From the NCBI GenBank assembly GCA_000708835.1, contig DF236997.1, forward strand, positions 124,001 to 188,000: a DNA stretch of 64,000 bases. Reading direction: 5' to 3'. Made by a program: the position numbers and the translations under genes. Under the pieces are notes generated by a model. That model saw only the letters and a program-made list of their open reading frames with translations. It searched no databases and was not told where the DNA came from. Positions 25,462 to 37,609 of the stretch are shown piece after piece. Within the stretch, counting starts at the first letter, position 1, and each line of letters starts with the position of its first letter. The stretch comes from Klebsormidium nitens (lineage: Eukaryota; Plantae; Klebsormidiophyceae).

Positions 25462-27189
25462 GACCACGAGATTTGGTAGACACCGTTCTCATAGTGGCAA
25501 CGTGCGGGGGGTACATAGATTGATACCATTGCTTATATCTTGCAGATACTCTTGAATTTCAGCAGTTTTTTCTTATACGATTTCGTATTGATCTTTGGTC
25601 AGACTCTTGGCACTTACATCGATGTCAATCTGAGCTTACAGAAGGTTACACACGTGCGCGCAAATTCTTTCTAGAATTGGATACGGACAGCATTAAATTG
25701 GTGACACAAAATGCCCCCCTTAGCTGCGAGCTCGCAAAGACAGCTTTTACTCAACACTTGATAAGTTCACGAGGTAATATTTGAGGCTTACTTGAGGCGA
25801 CTGTTATTAGCCACGTACGTCAAAACTGGCAGATCAAGGTGTTCAGATTCTTCTTGCGCCTCCAAACAATCAGTCTACCTTACTTGAAGTAATCAGGTAG
25901 ACCGAATGGGGAAATGGTCTACCTGACTGTTGCGTGAGGTCATGCGAGGCAGCCACAGCCTGAGTCCAGCTTTGCAAGTTTATACGCAGTCAATGCGATT
26001 GAGGGTCACGCTGGGACGAGTGGCGAGCTGCCGGTACAGTGTAGACTAACGTCAGAGCATTGTTTACTCGCTGATATCGTGCAAGTCGCGATACCATAAG
26101 CGTTATAAGGGAGCGGAATGTGTGACCGGGGTTTGCAGCCAAATTTAACGTAGCCGATCAAGCGTGCTCACGCTTTCAATGCGGCTTTGTGTGCGGCGCT
26201 TCGTCCCTTTCTGTACTTTGAAGACAATTTGAGGATTCAGGTCATCACGCGCGGACTGCGAAATTGAACAAGAGCACTGCAGCTACAATCAACGGTGATT
26301 CTCAATAACCGTTTGATGGTTCAAGCTGTCGCGCGGCGCCTGAGCATGTGTGCATTTTTGGATGATGTGTATTTAGGCTGGGCTGGCCGGGTGCATATTA
26401 CGGAGCTGACTCGGAGCTGTAGCTAGTCATCACCATATGACCCCGCATGTAAGCGCAGGCCGGCAGTCGCCTACTACAAGCCTTGCATGATCTAGCCTGC
26501 TGGCACCTGCATGGTCATCATTTCATGCAACCAAGATCATTCTGCTCTGCGCGCGCGGCTGGCATCAATCCTGCGTGGTACTCGTGACTGAGTGCATGGG
26601 CCGCCCATGCCAGCTGCTAGGCGAAAATATGCTCAGCTACCCCGTCGGCGTTAAGTGCCCAATTTTGCTCGAATAGTGACTCGAGTTGAACAGAAAACAC
26701 GTGTATATAAGAAGAAGCCTTGTGGTCGAGATTGTCCGCAGAATGCAGTTAAAAATGGTTCCACTCCCGTTTGGTGATCGACGATTCAATGGGTTCAATC
26801 AGCTACGGACTATGCAAGTGTCAATCAGTTCCACCCACATCTGCAATTTCCGATGTCTTGCACGCAACCACGTGTCAAAGGGCGCCCGATTAGAAAAGCG
26901 TACAAGGTTCACCAGATCCATTGGTGCTTTCACCTTTTGGTACATCTTGTCGCCGTACTCTTATATGCTGCAGCTATGGGTGTAAAGCTCAATTGACGTG
27001 GCTGTATACTGTTGGGATCTCTTTAGGCTCAAATCGCAACTTCTGGTGTGATTGTGACACAAAATTCTGTGTCATTGACCGCAAGGTGCCGTTGATCTCT
27101 GTCGATCAGTACGCTTAAACTGAAACTTGCCAGCAAGTGTGTTGAGCGCTATATATCTGGGTTGACGAGGGCATACACTTTGAATCTTG

Positions 27190-30100
27190 TTAACCTCGAC
27201 TTCCAGTCCGAATCAGGTCCAGTAACACAGCAGGAATGCAAGTCAGGAGATGGTCCTTCGAGACACCTCCGTAGTGGCACATCTCCTCCAGCCAAGCAAC
27301 CGCGTTCACAGCCTGCAACAGGACAAGTCTTTCGTTTGGATTGCTTTGTAGGCGAACCGTCAATACTGACTGCTGTTGCCTGCGCGAAATAAAAGCGACA
27401 AGTGCAAGCATGTCGGAGCATTGCCCAACGCACAGACTAGCAAACGGACGACTAGATCGGTCAAGTATCTTCTATGTCTTCGTTTCAATGCCGTGATTAG
27501 TTGCTCGTGAGCACCATCAATGGGATCCTCCACTTACTTCTGTCGAGAAGCTGACAGAGCTGTTCCTCTTCGTATCGACCGCCCTTTTAGCCGCCGACTG
27601 AAGAACGTTGATACGAACGTACTGGCTCAGTACCTGGCGAAAAGAAGATCGCCGGACTCTCAAGACGCTGAGGATCTCAATCAGAACTATGTGTATAGAA
27701 GGGCGGCTTTGAAGGGGTTGGTTCTGCACAGAGGATCGAGACAAGCTACAGACCTAGAAAGTAAGGTCAGGAGGCAATCCAGGTCTACTTACAGATCCAG
27801 TGGCTTTAGGTCAATTTCAAGGCAGATGTAACGAGTAGCATTCGAGATGGCTATTGGGACCTGACAACGTAATGATAGAGCATAGGAGTCGATGCGGACG
27901 CAATTCCTTACCCGAAGGTACGTATGCAGGTGTTGCTTCTCGAGATGCCCAAAGAGGGTGACCATTCCGACGACCTAACGCAAGCAACGACCGCAGAGGT
28001 TCAGGGCGTCAACATGCATAGAAAACTATCAGAGCAATGTTGCAAACCATATATGACCAGAGCAATTGCGAAACATGACTTTCGAGCCCTATCCTTGCGA
28101 GACTACACGGCAAAAGAGTTCGCTGTTCGGTCTCACACTCTTCAGGAGCAAAAACAGGAAAGCTTATCGCGTCAGCTCCCAAACTGAAACCAAAAGTCGC
28201 AACACACCCAAGCACGCACAAATGTATCCGAAGCACGGCTGTCGCGCAGGGGCCTCACCAGGGGCGCGCAGTCGAGGGCCGCTTTTCTGCTGCGGTGCGC
28301 CAGCGCGGCGAGGCGCTCGTCGTACACGTATCGCTCCAGCTGAGCGATGGTGAAGAGCGCCAACAACAGCGGCAACAGGCGGGGCGGCCCGACAATGCGC
28401 AACAGGGGCTGCCGCTGCGGGTCCCCGAGGCCGCTGCGCTCGAGGAGGGGCCGGAGGGCGACCACGGAAGACAGATCAGCGGGCGATTGCACGGGGTCTG
28501 GTGGCGGGCTGGTCGCCAGATGAGGAGTCCTGAAGGACAACGAGTCAGAATTGTTGGAGCGGTCGCTTCAAGTCACTCATCTGAGCACCGAGAAGGATCT
28601 CGATCTGGGTGGAAAAGCATCTTGATCTGAGCGGAATTGTGCTCGACAAGAACGACTCTTGTTGCACACAAGCCCTCCTCCATGTCCACCTGACAATATC
28701 GTTCGAGAGTCCAGGAAGGCGCAGTGCGTTCACCAGGCACAGAACTGACGCTACTTCCTTGACCTGAGTGCAGATGCGCACCTCGATTGGGTGCGCATGT
28801 GCACGCTAACCCTGGTCGCTTCGTCGAGGCCCTGCAGCGCCCCCGCGAGGCCTCCCCCTTCCAGCCTCACCCCGCCCGCCAGCTCCGCCGCCACCTGTCC
28901 CCGCAACAGCACCGCCTGCCCCACCGCCGCCAACGCCTGCGCCAGCTCACCAAATTGCCACGGCCCGCTTTCCGCGTACCGCCTCGCGCCGTCTTCCGGC
29001 AAACCCGGAAAGGGTGCTATGGCTTTGGACAGAGACTCGAGCGCGGGGGACGCGTCCCCGCCCGCCAGGTCGCTTGCCACGTCAGCAGCCTTCTGCAGGC
29101 TCGCCTGCGCTCGGACGGCCAGCAGGTGGTCGAGTGACGTCAGGCCCTCGACGCCGACGGTTTTGCGGAGTGCGGCCCACAGCTGCAGCCCGACGCGCTT
29201 CTCGCCGTTGGCGTCGAACCAACCGGAGACGGGGCGCAGGAACATGCTCGTGGCTGGGTCGCTCAGCGCTAAAACAGCATGCAACAGCTGACCGTAGAAG
29301 CTTGTAGGACCGGACTGCTTCCCTTTCGCAAAGAAGCCCGAAGCAGGTTTGTCCTTGGCAACGGTGCTCTTCGCGCCTCGCACGGCTTGCTCCTCCAGCG
29401 CACACTCCCGTATGTACGTCCTCCACTCCTCGTCCCAAATTATCACGACCGGTACCCGCATGTGGTCCTGGCAGATCTCAAAAGCGCGCCGCAGCGCACC
29501 CAAACGCGCCCGCAACGCAGCCAACTGCGATTCCAAGCCCTCCTTGCCCCCCTCTATCCGGAAGTCGTTGCACGTGCCAACAATGCACGCCCGCAGCTCG
29601 TTCCGCAGTCCGTCCTCTAGCAGGCTCTTCGCCCGCAGCTGAATCACTCCTATCGAAACCCCTTCCATCGCTAAGACGCCAGAGGAGAGCGCCGACAGCT
29701 GGCGTGCGGCTCTCGCCAGCTGTAACCGTTCCTCGGCTAACACGTGTCCCGGCACGGCGGCCCTCTCGAGCCTAGTTGGCACCTCCCCCATCTTCTCCGC
29801 TTGTTTCGCCACGATCCCGACGGCGACTTTAACCATCCTCCCGGGAATCACTTCCAGTACGGAGCTTATGTAATCTATCAACTGGCTCGAGTAGAACTGC
29901 GAGACTGGGTACAAATCTTTGCTGCCCACTTGGCCCAGCCGCAGGAGGGGCAAGTCCAAAACCGACCGGAGCTTCAGAAACCAACACTGGAGACGTGGCA
30001 GAGTCCCGGGGTCCTTTTCGAGCAGGCGGTGCAGCAGCGGGGTGTGCTCTTGGATGATCCCCCATGCGAACGAATCGTCGCCGACTACCGCCAGTGTGGC

Positions 30101-33038
30101 CAGCGTAGTCTCGCTGATGCCGATGGTGCGCACCATGTCCTGCATCTGCCGCCGCAGCTCCTCCAGAAAGTGCCGCGCCTGCGGGCAGCATGGAAGCCAC
30201 GTCATCACACTGTGGCGAACGGCAGGTTGCGCAACCTGTCCCTTTATATCTAATGGCCCAACTTCGTAAGTTTGTTTGTTTCGGAAGAACAAACGAAGGA
30301 AATCCAGCGACACCTTAAGACGTGATGTCCGAGTATCTGCTTAGTAACGCGAAACGCCCCAACACCAAGAGCGCAGCCTTGGTTCGATCTGCACCCTCGA
30401 TCATATACAATTGACATCGCACTTACAAGCTCAGAGTCGGCCGAGGACATTGCGTTCCTTGACATTCCCCAGCTCGGTCCATCTCTCAGACAAGCTCTCA
30501 AGTCAAATTCCTCCCGACTTTAAATCTTGTCCAGCAACGCACGAACCTTTTGGCTCCTCTATCCAATTACTACCTATGCGTATTCCAACCAGTCTGATTC
30601 CAGCACCTCAAGGAAGTCTGGATGGGCTTACCTGCAGCCCGCTCGCCTCGACCTGGTGCAGCTGCCCCGCCTCCTCGAGTGCGGTCGTCATCCTCTGCAG
30701 CTTGCGCGCCGTTTTCGCCGCCGCCCCAAGCTCCAGCCCACGCACCGCTGCCGCCAGCTCGCCAAACCACTGCGCGAGCCGGGGGTCGGCTGACGCTTGC
30801 ATGCTCGGCAAAAGCGGCGCACCCCCCCCAAACAATTGCCCCATCTCCTCCAGTCCCCGAGCGACAGCCTCGCTGGCGCGCTGCCACCTGGCCGGCTTGC
30901 TCTCCATCAGCTTTTGGTACAGCCCCTTGACCAGCGACTCGAGCTGGGCGGTGTCAAGAAGCAGCTCGATGATGTCAGCGTCGGACAGGTCGGAGCGGAC
31001 GGTGTCTCGGACTTTTTTGTTGGCGGAGGCTGTGCGGTGGAGCAGGAGCCAGCGCAGCGTGGCGTTGGCGTCGCGCAGCTTGCGCAGCAGGCGGGGCATG
31101 TCGCCCAGCAGAGAGGACGAGGCGAGGACACCCTCCGCTAGCTCGCTCTTGAGGTCGAGCAACAGCTGGCGAGCCTGCAGGAAGGTCGAAATGTGTCGCT
31201 CCAATCGTTCTCAGCTCAAAAAGCAAGTAGGAACCCCACTTCGACGGATAGAAGGATATGGGTAAGTCAGGACCGCCGACCGGCAGTGTCTGATTGAGAG
31301 GCCTTCTGGCGGTGAAAAGGAATTCTTGTTCAGGAATTCAGATGGAACCACTATGCGTAGGACAGAAGCTGTGCCTCTTCGTGAGCTCGTGGGAAACATA
31401 CCAGGCAGCTTCCGGAAAGATGCTGGAATTGTAGACATGGGGACCCGCCAGATTTCCTTTATTGAGACAGAAGACGCCCTCCTTTAATGAGTCATTTAAC
31501 CTCGCCTCTTCAACTCAAGTCTTCAGTCCTCATTGACAACAAACCATATTGCATGTAGGGAGATGCGACAGCGGCTCACCTTTGTGTTGTATGCCTGAGC
31601 CAGGGCCTTGACTGACGACAGAGGTTGTGCATTCAGCGCGCTCCTGGCTGCCCCAAAGCGGTCCCAGGCTTGCGACAGATCCACAGCGAACCCCGGGAAC
31701 AGCGAGATGGCCCAGCGATCCGCAAAGAACCTCCCAACGATGCCTTTCATGGCCGCGGCGTCCTGCTGCAACAGCTGGGGGAAAGAGACGAGAGCGACCA
31801 CTAGGCATGCTGACTGCGCCGAGAGGGCGGTGGTCCGGTGCTCAGGCCCGGGGAAATGCTGCCTCTGGTGGAAGATATCCTCTGAGCGCAGACGGGTGAT
31901 CAAGGCTTCTAAGACTGAAGCGGGGAGAGGGAATCGTGCCAGGTATTGCTCGGTTCCCCGAAGATCAACTACGAATGGGGGGCCCTCCGCCCCTGTAATC
32001 TGACCCCGAAGCTTCTGCTGGAGCGATGCTAGGAGACCTGGGGAGGGCGCCGGGGCGTCTGAGGAAGCGGCGCAGAGCTTGCGGAGGGTGACCAGGTGAG
32101 AGGGATCCCCCGTGTCCAGGTGGCGGGAGATGGCAACGAGGATGCGCTCCCGCAACAGGCCGGGCAGACGGTGGTGCAGGAGCAGGAGTAAGAGGCCGTG
32201 CAGGGTGACCGCCTCAGTGAGCAGCTGCTGGCCGTCCGAGTCTTCCAGGACAGCGTCCAGGCTCCAGTCCAGAAAGGCGCCAGTCTGCAACAAAAAATAG
32301 AAAAATTAACTTAATTGCTGCAATGAAAGATTATGTGACAACAGGTGAGCCGCTATGAGATTGAGGCTTCAAGAGGTGGTGCAAGTGGCCGTAATACCCA
32401 GAGTGATCGTCGAACTTCAAACCAGAAGGGGCAGTTGTGTTAACCGACTCAGGACAACAATCCTGAACGCCGAGCTTCCCAGATTTTAAAGGCTCCCTAC
32501 TGGAGTGCCCGCACCTGCAAGTCCCCCAGGAATGCGTGTAGCCGGTGGTGGTACTGCGTGAGCCCCTTGAACAGCCGCAGATATTGCTGAAGGGCAGCCT
32601 GGTGGCAGTCGCGCAGCTCCGCATCCAGGGCGGACAATGCAGGCTGCCCATCAATCACGCTCTCGTGGTGCTCTGGTGACAAGAAGTATCTGCATGGACC
32701 ACAATTGTCCGGAGTTCAGTCCCGTTTGCAAGCACAGAAGAAAGATGTTCCCAGTGCTTTACAGCGTGCTTGATCCATCAAAACAAGATTGATCACCAGC
32801 GAACTAAGTCCTGGGGGCATGCATGATTCCCAGAGTCTCCAGCCCAACGACAACTGAGTGGTGCGGAACATGCCACTCACTTGAAGTCCAAAAGCACGTG
32901 CTCAAACCTGCCGCTCTGCTCCGTAAAGTCAGCAGGCACCGCCGCTGTCAAACTCAGCAGCTCTGCCAATACAGCGTGTGCCCCAGCTACTAGCTGCTGG
33001 AGTTCTCTACCGACCGCTTGCTCGCCAAAGTCCGCCAT
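27190..33038 (-). CDS. WASHC5: WASH complex subunit 5 (strumpellin), 9 exons, ~1176 aa
   Basis: Exons 33038-32881, 32689-32515, 32284-31580, 31174-30632, 30178-28782, 28529-28259, 27974-27912, 27633-27538, 27312-27190 (3531 nt, phases consistent). Matches to strumpellin: G..L..LV..A.A..AELL, LLDFKYF, HRTTALSAQ, RFFADRW, DANATLRWLLLH, LLDTAQLE, GDDSFAW, FLKLRSVLD, YSSQL, VLEVIP, QLRAKSLLEDG, LFTIAQL. Length is close to animal strumpellin. Confidence 0.93.
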
Positions 33039-33839
33039 TCCACTGGCTCTGATCAATTTGATCACAACATGATCTCAAGGATTGCCTTTTCAAAGCAAAG
33101 TCTGACTTGCCAGTACCAGTACAGCTCAATTGTCTGCCCTACCATGACGTTGAGCCCACGCCCCTGGGCCTGGGCGCCATGGATTGATGCTGATCAACAC
33201 AACTGCTGCTGCATGCCAATGGCCTCCTGCATGAGTCCTAGCTGCCCTGGCCAGGCTGAGTTTGTCAAAGTGTACCTACCTATTAAACCTGATCAGGAAC
33301 CCAAGGTCAACGTATCCGGTCACTCAATTCGGACCGATCTTCCCAAACCCGTTCCGCTGAAGTCCACGGTCTGATTCACACTCCACCGTGCTGGGCGCTA
33401 GGCAGGAAGGTTAAATGTAGTCAATACGTTCCGGTTTGCGGCATAGTCTGGAACCAAGATTATCAAACCAAGACTCCTGAAGAAAATTCGGGTTATGTTA
33501 TCACTCTCGTTTTACCTCGTCCTTCTGCAGGAGTCTCTCAGATCTCAACGTCAAGGGTCATACAGCTAAAAGTAGTTGGGGCGCTCATGGACGCTGTGGC
33601 CATTGGCACGAGCATCTGAAGTGCGACCTCGATTTCTTCCTGTCCTCACAAGCTTCAAGCGTCTGCGGGGGTTGCTGGACACTGATGATGCGCTGACAGT
33701 ATCTGCAGAGCAAGGAATCCTCTCCAAGGAAAAAGCTTTTGTGGTTGGACGACTTCATTTGCATCGAGTTGTATAGCTGCTGCCTGGGAGGAGCCTGCTC
33801 AAGAAAGACTTTCTTACTTTCGGAAGGTTTGTAACAGAA

Positions 33840-36799
33840 ATGGCGCTCCAAACAAGTGGGAGGCACTATGATTCTGCGATGGAGCGGGTCCTGCAGATGA
33901 ACATTGTGGGGTCGGTAAGTGGTAATTTGCCGCCAAGTCACTCCCTTTGAGCAGTGTTTGATGTCCGTGCTTCTCTGCGTCGTAGAAAAGAAATGCAGGA
34001 CGGTGGCAGAGCTGCTCGGCTTTTTGGTCTTTTCGCTCTTTCTGGTGGTACTTCTTGCAGTTCACAGCAGTCCACATAAATTTACCAGTGTGCTGCACTT
34101 GAGATCATCCCAATAGCGCTGCCATCAAATACCAGCACCAAATGATTGCGGCATCATCTGCTGCAGGAGTACTACAAGGAGCTCAACAGCATCAAGAACC
34201 ACCTCGAGGTAATTGATGAGATCTACAATCAGGTGGAGCATGTGGAACCCTGGATGAGTGGCAATGCGCGCGGCTCCTCCACTGCCTTCTGCCTCCTGTA
34301 CAAGCTGTTCACGCTGGAGCTCAACATCAAGCAGGTGCAAGACCTGATTACCCATGAGGATTCACCGTACATCCGAGCGGTAGGTGCCCCTGAACTTGAT
34401 GAGAGCAGTTTTGATCCTGGAAGCACAGCCTTGGTGCACTAAATGTCATGGCGTCTGACAGGACCAATGATTGCCCACTTTGTTGTTTGGCTCGGTTACC
34501 AAAGATATCCAAATTATGCCGGTAGCTCGACGCCCCTCTGAGCTTTCTTGCCAGTCCGTTGAAATACACCTCAGCATACACCTCAACATCTCAAAAACGT
34601 TGACGGAGCCATGCTTGTGCACCTAACAGAGAATTGAGATACGGTGCAAGAAGCAACCACCCTACAAATAAAGAGTACAGAGCAAGATTCCTTGTGCGTG
34701 CAGGTCGGCTTCCTGTACCTGCGCTACATCGCGGACCCCAAGACGCTGTGGGACTGGTGTGAGCCTTACCTCGAGGACGACGAGGTGGGTGAGTGATGCA
34801 GTGCTGCCGGACAGCACGCACCTGCATTTTCTCCCCTCTGGTTGCAAGCCCTTGGTTTTGCTGCTAATGCGTCCTGCTCCAGGCCTTTTTGGGATTCCCT
34901 TAGTGTTGCCGTGCATTAGGTTGGATGAAGTTGCTTACCTTTCCGAGTTCAGGAAGCTGTACTTACTGGACCACTGCTCTTCATGCAGAAATTTGCCCCG
35001 GGCATTAATGGGAAGATGGTCACCATGGGCCTTTATGTGAGGGACCTGCTTCTGGAGTTGGTAAGTTGGCCATAGGCAAAGGTCTCGTATACTGGACTTG
35101 ATCATGCCGCGCGGTTAGAAAGTATTGTGATAGCACAGCAACTCCGAACGATGCTTTCATAGCCGCAGCATCAATTGATCTAGGCATTGTCGATTCTATC
35201 TTTCCGAGTGAGCGTTGGCACCGGATATAACGGCTTACCCACGAAAGATGTATTTCATCAGATGAGGACCGTGCTGTTCCTCCATCGTATTACCCAAGAA
35301 GGTTGTTACCCATCTTCTTTGCCAATGGAACCATTGTGATGGACTTCCTCATGATAAAGGTGTCAAAGTGATTTGTCCTGCTGGTTCCCTGAGCAGTTGA
35401 GGTTGAGGAAAAATTCAAGTCTGCTCTACACGGGAGAGGAATGATCCTTCTTTTGGTCTCCGAGCACCTTTTGCTGTTGAAAACTCCTCCGCTTTTAGGT
35501 TGAGTGTTTTAAACTCTGCTCTTACTCTCCTTACAGTACTACTTCGATACCATTTTCCCTCGGATACCCGTTCCCGTTGCCCGTCAGATTACCGCCAATT
35601 TGGAGTCGCGTGGCCTGCCTACCAAGGGGCTAGGGGCCGGTGGCGCTGGCGGCAAGACAGCACGAGGAGCGGAGGGAGAATCACGACGCCCACCTTCGGT
35701 GAAAGCTGCTCTTTCAGTGGCATTTGGCCAGCGCGCCCCTCATCGGTCTGGAGCGAGAGAAGCGGCCACGGCAGACCGCGTGCGGGGAAGCAGCGCAAGG
35801 CTCGACGAGTGGGACGATGTCCCAGCTAAGCCGCGGGACAGGAGTCGGGATACGAGGGACAAGGAACGCAGTCCGTTGATGCCGGTCGCCCGTGAAAGGT
35901 CTAGGGATCGGAAGGACGAGCGGGAGAGGTCTATTGACAGGAGGGCGGAGCGAGAGAAGTCTGCGCGGAGAGAGAGGTCGCCAGAAAGGCGTAAGGAGAG
36001 GGAAAGCTCTCGGGACAGGAGGAGCGATCGAGAACGCGAGAGTAGGAGGGACCGGGAGAGGTCGAGGGACAGACGGGTCGAGCCGGAAAGAGTGAGAGAC
36101 AGGTCGAGGGATAGGAGGGATGATCGGGATAGAGAGCGGAGGCCGGAAAGGTCGCCAGAGAGGAATCTTAGAAGGGAGGACGACAGAGGCCGGGACAGAT
36201 CGCGGGAGAGAGGTGTTGATCGGACGAAGGAGGCGAAGCGGGACAGGTCGAGGGACCGAGATCGTGACAGTAGGAAAGAGCGTGGGCGCGATCGGTCGAG
36301 AGAGCGAAAGGATGAGCGGGGGCGGGACAGGAGGGATCGTTCACGGGAGAGGGGCGATCGTGACAAGGAGAGGCACAGAGACAGGTCGAAGGAGCGAATG
36401 AAGGAGCGCGACGAGGGCGGAAGGAAAGAAGAGCTTGACCCGGAAAAGGACTCCCATCGTAATGGAAGGGGCTCGGATAGGGAGGACCGCGACAGAGATG
36501 GGAAGCGCCGGGACAGGGAGCACGAGAAGGAAAGAGATGGTGATCGGAAGCGGCCTCGGACCGAGGAAGAGGGTCAGGAAGAGGACGGTCAGCCAAGCGG
36601 CGGGGAGGGCAAAGACAGGCTCACTGATACAGAGCGGCCCTTGCGGGATGCGCCCGCGAGGACAGATGTAGAGGAAACCCAACAGCCTGGTGCTGACGAG
36701 GAAGGGGAGGAAGGAGAGATTGAAGTGCACAATGACGGGGATTCTAAGAACGCATCTTCAACACCAGATGCTCCTAAGGAGCCAGAAGTTGGCACATGA
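33840..36799 (+). CDS. PRP38B: Pre-mRNA splicing factor PRP38B / SRL1-like with RD/RE-rich tail, 5 exons, ~567 aa
   Basis: Exons 33840-33914, 34167-34379, 34704-34784, 34989-35060, 35537-36799, in phase. Motifs EVIDEIYNQVEHVEPWM.GN.RG.STAFCLLYKLFT, DSPYIRAVGFLYLRY, YYFDTIFPRIPVP, RRPPSVKAALSV.FGQRAPHR. Confidence 0.95.
35830..36560 (+). repeat. Low-complexity coding repeat (RDRSRD/RERSP, Arg-Asp/Glu mixed-charge domain)
   Basis: Purine-rich degenerate repeats (e.g. gacaggtcgaggga several times) encoding RS/RD/RE dipeptides. Confidence 0.9.
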
Positions 36800-37609
36800 G
36801 ATTGTTTTGTGGAGTTCGAGGAGCATTGAGTTGGTCGATTTTTAACGAACGAACAACTTAAAGTTCTGAAGAGATCTGAAATCTGGTAGTCTGTTCTTGG
36901 AAGATGCAACCAGGCCTGTACGAGGGTTGTTAATTGCAATTTGGTTGGGAGAAGCGGAGGACCTGATAAGGCGACTCTTTCAGCATCTTGCAATTAAGAA
37001 GCTCGTGATTGCTCGCAGATGGTGGATTGATATGTTACAAATGAACTCTCAATAGCAGATTGCATGGGTTTTGGAGTTGGGGTCGTTTGCGTGCAACTCA
37101 AAAGTGCAACGTACCTGCATGCAAACTCATGCATTCAAGAAAAACATCTGGGTCCGAATCGTATGTTCGAAGGCATGTATGCTAATGAACCGAATGTTTC
37201 AATTTTATCTACGGCCGGGCCGGGTCTTATCTAACGTAGCGAGCCAAGCTCGTCATAGTCGATATGTAGCATGGCGCCATTCGCTCATGGCAATATGGGC
37301 TGAGGCCACTCCTTCACCAATGTGCTTTCGGCGAGAATTTGGTTACCTACATTGACTTGCACCTGTCTGCCTGGAAGTTAAGCAGCTTGTGGAGCTTGCA
37401 CATAAGTACAACAGAAATTCGACATTCTGAATCTTGCATGCATTATGATGCACAGGCTCTGCTCAGGACAAAGTTGCGGTCTGACGTCATGTTTAATTGC
37501 AGTCGACTTCTCCAGAGGGCCAAAATGAACGTTGGGAGGGGATCATCTTCAATGTTTTTGCGTTCAAGTTGACTGTTCTCGAGGGGCCGTACTTGATGAG
37601 CTGAACGTC

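Noticed and set aside
27520-27831. ATG-started 103-aa plus-strand ORF
   Set aside because: It is antisense to strumpellin exon 8 and flanking introns, with no independent coding signal.
28787-31265. Several long plus-strand ORFs (up to 284 aa)
   Set aside because: Antisense shadows of GC-rich strumpellin exons.
35740-36366. 208-aa Ser/Leu/Arg-rich minus-strand ORF
   Set aside because: Antisense shadow of the RD/RE repeat of PRP38B.
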